64,000 nucleotides of DNA from Bacteroidota bacterium (GCA_031418215.1 JANOXC010000118.1:25388-89387); one strand, 5' to 3'. Shown: positions 9,935 to 19,610, numbered from the stretch's first letter. Notes: generated from the letters alone by a model not told the origin. Numbers and translations are program-made.

Positions 9935-11605
9935 TCAATACATGCTTAATGGCATATCCCTATTACTGGTAACCGAATAAGAGAATTTAAACGTTTTATA
10001 TTCCTTACTGTTAATGATGGTATTCCAGGAAAGCAACCCTGACTTATCATTATAGGTTGCATTACTGTTTTCCTTCATCTCAATTTTAATATCTTTATTT
10101 TGAGTTAACGGTATCTGGTCTTCAATGATGAGATTAAGCGCTTTTACTTTATTGTTTTTCATTCGCAGTTCATAGGTTATTGTTTTAGTGACTTCATTGC
10201 CAAGCAATTTATTATTTTCCTTTACGGGAAGTTTGGTGCGTGTAACAGTAATGCCATTATCCCTGCCTAATGCAAGTTCAAGTGTATCATTGATAATGGA
10301 TGGGTTTAATACGGTTTCGCCAACATAGGTTCCTTCATAAAAAACATTGGCTTGCCCCGGTAATAAATTCAGGTCTTCCCAGCCTGTAACTTTTGCAACA
10401 AGGAATGCTTCGCTCTCCACTTTAGGAACGAGAAAATGATAATAGGAAGCTGGAAGTTCACTTGTTTTTATTGACACCATGTGACTGATGCCGTCAGAAG
10501 GAATGGTATATGCCAGTTTAATATCGAACTCCACATTGGTCATCGTTTCAATCATTTGTGAATAGTTGGCTGCTGATTCCGCAGCCGATAATTGATCCAT
10601 GTCTTTTTTCAATGCATAGAGCTCTTCATTTGCAGCATCGAGATTTGCTCCAGACTTTGACCTTGCTGCCTGTGGAAATTTAACTTCCCTGTTGGCTGTG
10701 AAATAATTAATATACCAGGGTGGGAGAGCGGGTTTATTATTACTGCGGTTAGGATTACTTGTACTTAATTTTAATTGAACATCTTTCCAGTCTTCACCAC
10801 ATTGCTGATATACATTTGCTTTATAAGTTAACTGCACCGGTGCGGCGGCCGTGCTCGAACGTAAATCATATGAAGGCGTCCAGCCTGCCTGTGAAACCAT
10901 GTAACTTACATCAACAGCGGCTGTCGTTGCTTCATCGGCACTTACTGACACAATCACTTCATGAACAGGTTCATAGTTTTTCTTTGGATCTTCGCTGTTT
11001 TTGTAAGTCTTCAAATCATTGAGCCTTGCTGTTAATCTTGTATTGTCGGCAAGGTTCCTTTTAACTGTCCGGTTTATTTTACCAAGTTGTGCATTAATGT
11101 CATTCAATTTTAATCTGAAGAAATCCATGGCTTGTTTTAAAACAGGAAGAGAATCACTTTTGCCTTCGCCTTGTGTTAGTTTATTTTTTGTGATCATGTC
11201 CTTTTCCAGCTGCAGCGCATTTTTCTTGTCATTCAATTCTTCGCGGATAAAACCAAGCTCCGAAATAGAGTCTTCTGTTAATTGAATTTCTTTTTGAATT
11301 TCCTTTGGCAAAGCACCATCAGATGGTTTCGGTGGCTCAGGATATTTAATATGATGCTTTACATCGAGCACCACAAAACTGCCCCGACCCCCGGCCTGCA
11401 CACTTGCAGGATTGATAAAAGGAGAAATCCCGGTGAACACTAATTCTGTTACGCCGGGATTGAGATTTACGGTTGCATTTCTGAAGACTTGAGCCGCCTG
11501 AGTGAACACGGTCACTTTTCTGATGGAAGACTTTACTGATTTTTCATTTGAGGCCTGTGCATTAATGGCGATAAATAATATCGCGACGAGCATTGATTTT
11601 TTCAT
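9935..11605 (-). CDS. DUF4139/DUF4140 (MuiA-like) secreted protein
   Basis: A 556-aa protein with a signal peptide. The N-terminal beta-rich region, central coiled-coil and C-terminal beta domain match this widespread Bacteroidota family in size and layout. The call rests on overall architecture, not a hard motif. Confidence 0.55.
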   Translation of the reverse strand: MKKSMLVAILFIAINAQASNEKSVKSSIRKVTVFTQAAQVFRNATVNLNPGVTELVFTGISPFINPASVQAGGRGSFVVLDVKHHIKYPEPPKPSDGALPKEIQKEIQLTEDSISELGFIREELNDKKNALQLEKDMITKNKLTQGEGKSDSLPVLKQAMDFFRLKLNDINAQLGKINRTVKRNLADNTRLTARLNDLKTYKNSEDPKKNYEPVHEVIVSVSADEATTAAVDVSYMVSQAGWTPSYDLRSSTAAAPVQLTYKANVYQQCGEDWKDVQLKLSTSNPNRSNNKPALPPWYINYFTANREVKFPQAARSKSGANLDAANEELYALKKDMDQLSAAESAANYSQMIETMTNVEFDIKLAYTIPSDGISHMVSIKTSELPASYYHFLVPKVESEAFLVAKVTGWEDLNLLPGQANVFYEGTYVGETVLNPSIINDTLELALGRDNGITVTRTKLPVKENNKLLGNEVTKTITYELRMKNNKVKALNLIIEDQIPLTQNKDIKIEMKENSNATYNDKSGLLSWNTIINSKEYKTFKFSYSVTSNRDMPLSMY

Positions 11606-11853
11606 ATTTATAAAGGATTAAGGATTTATATGTTCGCTGAGATATCAAACAAATCCCTATTCCATAAATAATTAAAGAAAATAATTTATTATCAAATAAT
11701 AATATTCGAAACCAAATGTCGTTGACGCACCTCCTCAACCTTGATATATAAATGAAGGGGGTTCTATAAATTCGTAAAAACGGAGGTCATGAGTGGGCTG
11801 ATAATGTAAGCATATATATTGCCCATGATTTATTTTTCTGCTTCTTTTCCAGC

Positions 11854-12325
11854 TTATATATGTTTTCGATAGGTCGGCTCTTGATGTATGGTGAATCCGT
11901 TTTTCTTATATACAAATTCGCCTGCTGCTGTTGCATGTAGTTCAAAAGCAGTAATGCCTATTTTCTTGCCCTCCTTAACCAATTCATTTAATATCCCGGC
12001 ACAAATTCCTCTTCTGCGAAATTGCGGTAATGTATACATGTTCATTACATGTCCCCATTTTCCACTAGGGTTTTTAAAATTCCCGGGCTGCTCTCTTAAT
12101 TGAACAGAGCCGATGCCGGCTATGTCATTGTCACAATTAGCAATATAAGAAATGCATTTATTTTTCGTGATAGAGATTTTTGAAAAAGGCTGTTAATTGC
12201 TCCCTTAATGACTTTACAGTTGTTTCATCCTGATCGCCTGCTAATTCTATTACAAATAATAGCCTGTTTTCAACAAGTGTTGGAATATCTTTTTGTGTTG
12301 CCTTATAATAAGTAATGTTATTCAT
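11854..12325 (-). pseudogene. GNAT N-acetyltransferase interrupted by a single-nucleotide frameshift
   Basis: The N-terminal 55 codons (MNNITYYKATQKDIPTLVENRLL...NLYHEK) hit a stop. The +1 frame continues as NKCISYIANCDNDIAGIGSVQLREQ...RRRGICAGILNELVKEGKKIGITAFELHATAAGEFVYKKNGF, which is the GNAT motif A/B region. The shift maps to a T5 run near 12161-12165. Confidence 0.55.
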
Positions 12326-12338
12326 TATTTATTTCCTG

Positions 12339-12946
12339 TTAAATTGAATCCATCAACTTTCGTTGTAACAATCCCTGCAAATTTATTTTAGCACGCTCCC
12401 ATTCATTATCAAGTAAACTGAAATATACGGAATTTCTGCTTGTACCATTATCTCGTAAAATATCCTTTCGCAGTATCCCTTCATACTGTCCACCAATTTT
12501 AGCAATTGCCTTTCTGGATCTGATATTATTTTCATCCGTTTTTAACTGAACGCGCAATGCCTTTAGTTCTTCAAAAGAAAAAGAAAGCAACAGAAATTTA
12601 CACTCTAAGTTAACAGCAGTTGCCCAATAGTCCGGGTGCAGCCACGTCCAGCCAATTTCCAGCTTTCGATGCAGGAAATGTATGTCCATTAAACGGGTAC
12701 TGCCAATGATTTTTTTTTCTTTTTGATGAAATACTACGAATGGGAATTGGTTTCCTTTATCACGTTCTTCCAAAGCTCTTGCAAAAGCAATCAATCTCTT
12801 ATCGTCAGTACTCATATCAACCGGATGAAACTCCCATATCCATATTTCCTTTGCAACTTCATTTAATTCTTGAAAATGCTTTTTTCCAAGGGCAAAAGAA
12901 GCACGACTTCTCCTGTTAACGTGGTTCCATTTTTAATCCAATTCAT
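12339..12946 (-). pseudogene. GNAT (RimJ/RimL-like) acetyltransferase interrupted by a single-nucleotide frameshift
   Basis: The 27-codon N-terminal piece MNWIKNGTTLTGEVVLLLPLEKS runs into a stop. The adjacent frame reads ...KKHFQELNEVAKEIWIWEFHPVD and joins the 158-aa ORF. One extra A in the A6 run (plus-strand T6 at 12880-12885) would restore a 185-aa protein. Confidence 0.6.
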
Positions 12947-13265
12947 CCTTTACTATTGATTACGTTTTGTTTTCTTTTATAATTGCCTCTCCCTTGCTAG
13001 TTTTACAATACAATAACACATCACTATTCTACTATCAACAAAAGGGGGGAATTAATCTGTATGTATTGAATTCAAGTCTATCAACATCCAGAAATAATAC
13101 CTTTCAAATTAAAATTTCTGCTAGCATAAAAAGTGTTTTATATTTTTTTAGCATTACTAAAGACGAGTAGGTGTTAAATAAAAATATTTTTTTTGTAATC
13201 AATTGTTCCCCTTTTTGACATGCTGAACCAGCCTATAGTCGATAGGTTAATAGTATATGACTTCA

Positions 13266-14333
13266 TTACTCAACAATCATCAATTTGTTTGTTTTTGTGT
13301 ATTTGCCATTTGAAATTACAATTACATAATTACCCGCGGTAAATTCTGAAAAGTCCGTTGTTATTGAGTGAACTCCTTTCCGCTGTTGCTCTGTTAAAAT
13401 TGTTTTAACCATTTCACCTTTCGTATCAAATAGTGAAATTGTTACTTTTCCCTGCTCTTGCAATTCATAACTTAACTCGCAGAAATTAATAATAGGATTG
13501 GGGTGAATGTTCAATTTAAAAAGATTGTTGTTTTCATTAATTGACGTTACGCCGAAATAATGGTAAGTTGTGTTATTGCCCGACCCTGAATTAGGTACAC
13601 CAAGGGTATCAGAAAGTACATTATAAAAAATATCAGCCGGACTTGATAATCCTGTTACAACTGTTGTTGGCCCTCCTGTAAAAGTGTTGTTAAACATGCT
13701 GATGCCATTTAACGTCCAGGAAGAAACATAATAGTTGCCTGCGCCGTCTTTTGCAATGCCGTCGCAATTACCCAGCGTAGTAGTTGTTACCGTTGAAACA
13801 GTTGCTGTAGTAACATCAAATGCCATGATGGGTGCTGAAGCTCCCCAATTTACAAAAACACATCTGTTGTTGGGGGCATCATAAATAATACCATTGGGGC
13901 TTTTCGCAAGGCCTGTTACAAAAACACTAAAAGCACGAGTGGCCATATCAAAGCGGAATATCTTCTTTGCTGAAAAATCTGTTATATATAAATAGTTTGC
14001 ATCATGCGTAATACCATTCAAAAAAGTAGCGCTTAAATTAATGCTGAATATTTGCGCCGCAGTATTAATGTTATATGCTTTCAATGTTGTGCCGGAGCAT
14101 ACATATAAAGTGTCATTAACAACTTCAATTCCGTGAGGGCCTGTTACGCTTGGAACAAAAATGCTTAATGTGCCGGCACTATTGCGAGCCAAAATATTGT
14201 TTCCGTTGTTATTAGCAATAAGCCAACGGTTATTGGCATAGTCAAATTCGATGCTTTCAGGACTGTTATAGGTTTGTGCGAAGCTGGTAATTGTTGCAAG
14301 TAATAATAATGTTGTAATGATAGGTTTTCTCAT
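13266..14333 (-). CDS. secreted beta-propeller (NHL/YVTN-like) protein with T9SS C-terminal sorting domain
   Basis: A 355-aa protein with a signal peptide. It has repeated strand-turn motifs (YVCSGT, LYITD, YYVSS), and its C-terminal ~80 aa resemble a T9SS C-terminal domain (LNIHPNPIINFCELSYEL...KLMIVE). Confidence 0.6.
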   Translation of the reverse strand: MRKPIITTLLLLATITSFAQTYNSPESIEFDYANNRWLIANNNGNNILARNSAGTLSIFVPSVTGPHGIEVVNDTLYVCSGTTLKAYNINTAAQIFSINLSATFLNGITHDANYLYITDFSAKKIFRFDMATRAFSVFVTGLAKSPNGIIYDAPNNRCVFVNWGASAPIMAFDVTTATVSTVTTTTLGNCDGIAKDGAGNYYVSSWTLNGISMFNNTFTGGPTTVVTGLSSPADIFYNVLSDTLGVPNSGSGNNTTYHYFGVTSINENNNLFKLNIHPNPIINFCELSYELQEQGKVTISLFDTKGEMVKTILTEQQRKGVHSITTDFSEFTAGNYVIVISNGKYTKTNKLMIVE

Positions 14334-14424
14334 ATCCCAGGGAAGCTGATTCTTTATTTAAAAGTGAAGATACTGAAGAATTGACAAACCCAGATTTTCA
14401 ACATTAATAAAAGAGGTTTAATCA

Positions 14425-14990
14425 AAAGAATTCCTCGCAGCTATGCTGCGGGGTGGGGGGAGGGGCTGTAGGGCAAACGTTATATTTGCCTGATGAGCGA
14501 ACATATTCATAAGCGTCATAACAAGAGTTTGCTTTTGTATCATTTGGTTTGTCCAATAAAATATCGGAGAAATGTATTGTCTGATGAAGTTGCAAAAAGC
14601 TTGGTCGAAGTTTGTAAAGATATCGAAAGGAGATTTGAAATACATTTTTTGGAGATTGGAGCAGATAAAAACCATGTTCATTTTTTGATACAAAGTGTAC
14701 CGATGATGTCGGCTAAGTCGATAGTACAAGTTGTGAAAAGTATAACAGCGCGAGAACTGTTCCGTCTTCACCCGGAAGTGAAACAGCAGCTTTGGGGAGG
14801 GCAGTTTTGGACGGACGGGTATTATATTAATACGGTAGGTCAATATGCAAACGAAGAAATCATTCAAAAATATATTCTTGAACAAGGCGAGGCTAAGCAA
14901 GACTACAAAAAGTTCCATTCTAATCAGTTGCGATTATTTTAGTATGTAAACAAGATACCTCGCAGCTTGCTGCGGGGTCATTCATTCGAT
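14425..14990 (+). mobile_element. IS200/IS605-family insertion sequence (TnpA only)
   Basis: The element carries a Y1 HUH transposase ORF. It is flanked by sub-terminal imperfect palindromes in the same orientation: cctcgcagctatgctgcgggg (about 14433-14453) and cctcgcagcttgctgcgggg (about 14958-14977). Such hairpins are typical of the left and right ends of IS200. Confidence 0.75.
14493..14942 (+). CDS. tnpA: IS200/IS605 family transposase TnpA (Y1 HUH)
   Basis: A 149-aa protein. It shows the HVHFLI HuH motif, and the C-terminal tyrosine region ...GYYINTVGQY and an N-terminus (HNKSLLLYHLVCPIKYRRNVL) textbook for IS200 TnpA. Confidence 0.9.
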   Translation: MSEHIHKRHNKSLLLYHLVCPIKYRRNVLSDEVAKSLVEVCKDIERRFEIHFLEIGADKNHVHFLIQSVPMMSAKSIVQVVKSITARELFRLHPEVKQQLWGGQFWTDGYYINTVGQYANEEIIQKYILEQGEAKQDYKKFHSNQLRLF

Positions 14991-15085
14991 TTGTAACTTC
15001 AATCATTGCAAAAAAAACAGGGAGGGCACAACCACGTCACCCTCCCTGATAAACCAACCACGAAAAACTTATTCAACCATTTTAA

Positions 15086-16792
15086 TTATTGTACGATCAG
15101 CTTTTGTGATACCGATCCTTTTTCATTTCCTATTCTTATAAAATACATTCCTTTAGCTAATTCACTGGTGCTAAAATTATATTGAGCACTTCCTTCAGGA
15201 ATCATTGTATTCATCACCTCCTGTCCAATTGCATTTGTGACCGTTAGCATTAATGCTTGCTTGGTGTTCTCAGTGAAGTTCAACTGAACACGGTCTGTTG
15301 TAGGATTTGGGAAGAGATTATAACTTACAATATTGCTTTCATTCAGTCCCGTCGGAGCACTAAAGATTACTACTGTTCCGTTAGCCAATACACCAATTAA
15401 TGTGAATGCCGGTCCGTTTTGATTTGCAGCGGGATTTAGAAATCCAGAGGCGAGCACCACTGCTGACTGGCCTGCCAATGCTGAAAGATCAGCAGCGAAA
15501 GAAGCAACGATAACAGCGTTATTATTTCCCGGAGTAATATCTAATACATAGGCTGCGGGCGGCACACTTAAGTAGGGGGTAATATTACTATAAGATGCAT
15601 TGTCAACAAGTATAGAAGCTCCTGCTAATACATCAACTGTTGGCGCATCAGAAGCTCCGTGAATAACTCGCAAATCAACATCTCCTGAATTGTTTGCATC
15701 TTCACGCATCTGGTCTTGCAAGAATAAAGTGAATGCTGTTGATTGTGCATCAGGATTCGCTGCGAAGTTTGCAGGATTCAATACACCGTTTGCTACTGCA
15801 ATATAACTGTTGCCGTTTTGTAAGGTCACGCCAAAGTTTTTTAATGTGTCGTTAACCGATGCGCTATTTCCACCGGCAACGCCAATGTTCAATACAACAT
15901 CTGCAGGTACATCAATAAATGCTGTTGCTGTTCTAAAGGCGAAGTTGTCCAATAATTTAGTGCCGTTAACATAAACATCAACTGATGCTGCTGCCGGATC
16001 TGCTGCATTGTGTATGACCTGCAAACGTGCTGTGCTCACTGCAGGGAAAGCTACTACTGTACCGTTGGCCAATGCTGCAAACAATCCGAATGCTGCTCCG
16101 TTTTGATTAGCAGCAGGGTTTAAAAATCCTGATGCAAATACTACTGCACTTCCTCCACCCAATGATGATAAATCAGCCTGGAATGATGCAACAATTGGAG
16201 AGCCGGCTGCAGGTGTTACATCCAATATATAATTGGATGGTGGTACGCTTACATATCCGGTTATGGCGCTGTAGGGTGCATTATCAACAAGTGTTGCAAC
16301 ATTACGTGCTATCACATCAACTGAAGGCGCATCACTTGCTCCGTGTAAGGCGACAAAATCAACATCGGTCATCATAGAAGCCATATTTCTGATATTGTCT
16401 TTCAGAAAAAGTGTAAATGTTGTTGATTGTGCATCAGGATTCGCTGCAAAATTTGCAGGATTCAATACACCATTCGCAACAGCAATGTACCGTTGTCCGT
16501 TCATAAGTGTAACCTGAAAGTTTTTTAATGTGTCATTAACCGACATGCTATTTCCGGCTGCAACGCCAATGTTTAATGTTACACCTGCGGGGACCGTTAA
16601 AAAAGAGGTGGCTGTACGAAAAGCAAAATCAGGTAATGTTAGTACGCCATTTACATATACGTCAACCGTAGCGGCTGCCGGATCTGCTGCATTATGTATT
16701 ACCTGCAACTGTGCTGTCTGGCTATAAGCGTTTGATCCCAGGATTATTCCCGAAGCCAGTAAGATCAATAATGAGGAGAGTTTCTTTTTCAT
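15086..16792 (-). CDS. tandem DUF4397-domain secreted protein with T9SS C-terminal sorting domain
   Basis: A 568-aa protein with a signal peptide. Two ~240-aa internal repeats each begin LQVIHNAADPAAA.VDVYVNG and end ...GFLNPAANQNG.AF. The C-terminal ~80 aa form a T9SS type A C-terminal domain (NLFPNPTTDRVQLNF...GMYFIRI...KLIVQ). Confidence 0.65.
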   Translation of the reverse strand: MKKKLSSLLILLASGIILGSNAYSQTAQLQVIHNAADPAAATVDVYVNGVLTLPDFAFRTATSFLTVPAGVTLNIGVAAGNSMSVNDTLKNFQVTLMNGQRYIAVANGVLNPANFAANPDAQSTTFTLFLKDNIRNMASMMTDVDFVALHGASDAPSVDVIARNVATLVDNAPYSAITGYVSVPPSNYILDVTPAAGSPIVASFQADLSSLGGGSAVVFASGFLNPAANQNGAAFGLFAALANGTVVAFPAVSTARLQVIHNAADPAAASVDVYVNGTKLLDNFAFRTATAFIDVPADVVLNIGVAGGNSASVNDTLKNFGVTLQNGNSYIAVANGVLNPANFAANPDAQSTAFTLFLQDQMREDANNSGDVDLRVIHGASDAPTVDVLAGASILVDNASYSNITPYLSVPPAAYVLDITPGNNNAVIVASFAADLSALAGQSAVVLASGFLNPAANQNGPAFTLIGVLANGTVVIFSAPTGLNESNIVSYNLFPNPTTDRVQLNFTENTKQALMLTVTNAIGQEVMNTMIPEGSAQYNFSTSELAKGMYFIRIGNEKGSVSQKLIVQ

Positions 16793-16793
16793 T

Positions 16794-16892
16794 CGTTTAA
16801 GTTTTTGGGGGGTTGTTTAAGTATTGTGGCGCAAATTTAAACAGTTCATGCTCTTCTTGTTTAAGTTTTTGCTAAATTATTTAAACAAAAAC
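16794..16892. promoter_or_regulatory. direct-repeat block upstream of the DUF4397 gene, divergent from the carH-like regulator
   Basis: Three copies of gtttaagt(t/a)tt(t/g)tg start near 16796, 16816 and 16858. Two copies of atttaaaca lie at about 16835 and 16879. All are within 100 bp of the ATG at 16792. Confidence 0.35.
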
Positions 16893-17123
16893 ATAACATG
16901 CTGGTTACCAACACTAATAAATCATCTTCTCTACCATAAGGAGAATTAAACTAGTATTTATGCCGTGGCCAAAATCGTAATAATATATTGAATATCAATT
17001 ATTAAGATAGAATAATAAGAAATTACCTTTGAAAACGAATACTTTACGGTTTTAGTAAAATTGGCTTATTTTAACTGCATATTAACTCAATATGTTTATA
17101 TATTATTGCAAATAATTGAACAT

Positions 17124-18011
17124 ATGAATTTGTTTTCTATCTCCGATCTGGAGCAGTTTTCAGGTATTAAATCACATACAATCCGAATATGGGAAAAGCG
17201 TTATAATGCCCTAACTCCGGCACGTTCGGAAGGGAATACGCGCTATTATGATAATTCACAGCTCAAACGTTTGCTGAAAATCGTTAGCCTGATGGATAAT
17301 GGCCATAAAGTATCTGATTTGGGAAAGATGACAGATGCCAATCTCACACTTTTGCTCGATGGGGTGTCTCATCAGTCGCTTCCTATTGAAAATGCTTACA
17401 ATTATTTTATAACGCTGATACTTGAATCAGGTGTTGAGTTCAATGAAACGCAGTTTGAAAAATTATTTTCGAATTGTGTTTTACGTTTCGGACTGAAAGA
17501 AACTTATAAGCATGTTATTTATCCTTTGCTGGTGCGCACCGGTTTATTATGGATAAGGGATTCATTGCTTCCAGTGCAGGAACATTTTTTTACTAATTTA
17601 ATCAGGCAGAAATTATTGGCGGCTATTGATGAGTTGCCTCCGGAAAAATCTTCAAAAGATACGTGGGTGCTTTTTTTACCGGAAAACGAGTTTCATGAAA
17701 TAGGATTGATCTTTGCCCATTATATCATTCGTCAGGCAGGAAAGAAAGTAATTTATTTTGGTGCCAATGTCCCGTTGGAGTCATTAAAGCATGCTGCACC
17801 GGCTATAAATCCCTCACATCTTTTGTTTTTTATGGTGCATCACAATGTTCCTGCAGAATCACAACGCTATCTTGATATGCTTTCGGAAAACTTTAAGAAC
17901 ACCAACATTTTCCTCACCGGCAATAAAAAATTAATTGAGCAGTTACAGCCCGGAAAAAAGATGAAGTGGGTGCAGTCCGTTGATGAGTTGGAAAAGGCAA
18001 TTGGGGAGTAA
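17124..18011 (+). CDS. MerR-family CarH/LitR-type B12-binding (light-responsive) transcriptional regulator
   Basis: The N-terminal MerR helix-turn-helix is FSISDLEQFSGIKSHTIRIWEKRY. The four-helix-bundle Wx9EH motif reads WIRDSLLPVQEH. The Rossmann-type B12-binding E/DxHxxG motif reads ENEFHEIGL. The longer ORF from 17061 probably overcalls the start. Confidence 0.7.
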   Translation: MNLFSISDLEQFSGIKSHTIRIWEKRYNALTPARSEGNTRYYDNSQLKRLLKIVSLMDNGHKVSDLGKMTDANLTLLLDGVSHQSLPIENAYNYFITLILESGVEFNETQFEKLFSNCVLRFGLKETYKHVIYPLLVRTGLLWIRDSLLPVQEHFFTNLIRQKLLAAIDELPPEKSSKDTWVLFLPENEFHEIGLIFAHYIIRQAGKKVIYFGANVPLESLKHAAPAINPSHLLFFMVHHNVPAESQRYLDMLSENFKNTNIFLTGNKKLIEQLQPGKKMKWVQSVDELEKAIGE

Positions 18012-18267
18012 TAGTTTTCCCGTTTTGTGCATAATTCTATGATTTTATAGCGTTCGTAAAATACAAACAATTGCTTTTGGGAGATCATTAATCTTTCACC
18101 AACAGTTTCACGCTGATGTGGCTCTTCCTATTTTTTTGATGGATGTGAAATATAAATTATACGAAATCAACGGATTTGATTCCCCCTACTCACCGCTCAC
18201 CGACTAAATCCGTCACTCACCGACTAATGCTGTTGTATTGCCTAATACTGATTGTTGACGCAATATT

Positions 18268-19116
18268 GTGAACATACATTTGCCCCATCAATTAAAAAAC
18301 ACAATGGAAGAAATTAAAAACAATCCCGATGAGCACATGATGCATCAGTGGGAAAAACAACATCGCCGCGGACGATTATTCGCAGGATTATTTATTATAG
18401 GAGCAGGAGCCTTATTCCTTGCACGTGAGATGGGTGTATTTATCCCTTCCTGGTTTTTCACCTGGCAGACTTTCCTCATCGTTATTGGACTGTTTACTTT
18501 ATTGAAAAGCGGCTTCCAAAGTATAGGCGGATTTATTATGATGGCCATAGGCGGATCATTCCTGATGCGCGACTACCTGCCTGAATATAATTTCTCGCAT
18601 TACCTCTGGCCAATTGCATTGATCGTTTTCGGACTGTTCATTATGCTTCGCCCTCGAAGAAGGTGTTATCCCGGAAGAAGAATGTATCGTAATCGTTACC
18701 GCAATTCCTGGAAGGAAGGCGTGCAGGACCAAAAATGGCAGCAGGAAAAAAGCCAGGGACAGCAATCTCCAACCAGCGATGATTATATATACATCAACAG
18801 TGTTTTAGGTGGTGTAGAAAAAAACGTCATATCAAAGAACTTTAAGGGCGGCGAGATAACCTGCGTCTTCGGTGGTGGCGAAATCGATCTCACACAATCA
18901 GAAATTGAAGACAGCGCAGAACTGCAAGTGACAGCTGTATTGGGCGGAGTCAGTCTGGTTATTCCGGCTAACTGGCAGGTAAAATCAGAGCTTACTGCCT
19001 TTCTTGGTGGCGTAGAAGATAAACGACAAGCGTTGAAAGATATTTCAACAACTTCAAAGACATTGGTGTTAAAAGGAACTGCTGTGCTGGGTGGAATTGA
19101 AATCAAAAGTTTCTGA
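18268..19116 (+). CDS. LiaF-like membrane protein with DUF2154 (toast-rack) domain
   Basis: A 282-aa protein with an N-terminal 4-TM region and a C-terminal repeat (VLGGVEKNV, VFGGGEIDL, VTAVLGGVSLVIP, TAFLGGVED, TAVLGGIEIK). This repeat is characteristic of the LiaF/YvqF C-terminal domain. Confidence 0.65.
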   Translation: MNIHLPHQLKNTMEEIKNNPDEHMMHQWEKQHRRGRLFAGLFIIGAGALFLAREMGVFIPSWFFTWQTFLIVIGLFTLLKSGFQSIGGFIMMAIGGSFLMRDYLPEYNFSHYLWPIALIVFGLFIMLRPRRRCYPGRRMYRNRYRNSWKEGVQDQKWQQEKSQGQQSPTSDDYIYINSVLGGVEKNVISKNFKGGEITCVFGGGEIDLTQSEIEDSAELQVTAVLGGVSLVIPANWQVKSELTAFLGGVEDKRQALKDISTTSKTLVLKGTAVLGGIEIKSF

Positions 19117-19172
19117 AACTGATTACGTCAACTTTAAATAATAATATATATTAATTTAAAAATCTCCCTAAA

Positions 19173-19517
19173 ATGAAATGGTATAGTATTCGTTTGGTCT
19201 TCAATATCAATATTAACAATGGTGAAGACAAAAGTCAGTTTGATGAACAACTGCGATTGGTAGAAGCCGCCTCCACTACTGACGCTTTTTTCAACGCGGT
19301 AAATATTGGTCGGCAAGAAGAAGAGATCTTCATCAACAATCAGGGAAAAGCTGTTAGTTGGCAGTTCATTGATGTAGCCGATGTGCATCCGTTGGAAATG
19401 AAGAATGGCAGCCTTATTTGCAGCAGGCTCCATGTAGATGATAACCACGACAATTACATTGATCTGATCCAAAGAAAATCGCAGGCTATACAGTTACATG
19501 AAATGGCCTTTTCATAA
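19173..19517 (+). CDS. small conserved hypothetical protein (possibly DUF4288-like)
   Basis: A 114-aa ORF beginning MKWYSIRLVFNINI. It sits between the LiaF-like gene and the LytS/LytTR pair. Confidence 0.35.
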   Translation: MKWYSIRLVFNININNGEDKSQFDEQLRLVEAASTTDAFFNAVNIGRQEEEIFINNQGKAVSWQFIDVADVHPLEMKNGSLICSRLHVDDNHDNYIDLIQRKSQAIQLHEMAFS

Positions 19518-19544
19518 AAACAAAGTAAATTTCTTCAACCAGTC

Positions 19545-19610
19545 GTCATTGCGATGAGCAAGAGCATTGTTATGGCGATTGCAATAAGATGAGCGAAGAA
19601 GCAATCTCTT
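19545..19610. repeat. interspersed short repeat, family A copy
   Basis: The sequence gtcattgcgatgagc...gatgagcgaagaagcaatctc is shared with copies near 21495, 24302-25030 and 26934. Confidence 0.7.

Noticed and set aside
14418-14918. 166-aa ORF antisense to the IS200 tnpA gene
   Set aside because: It overlaps the well-supported TnpA reading frame on the opposite strand. It has low-complexity composition and no recognisable motifs. It is an antisense artefact.
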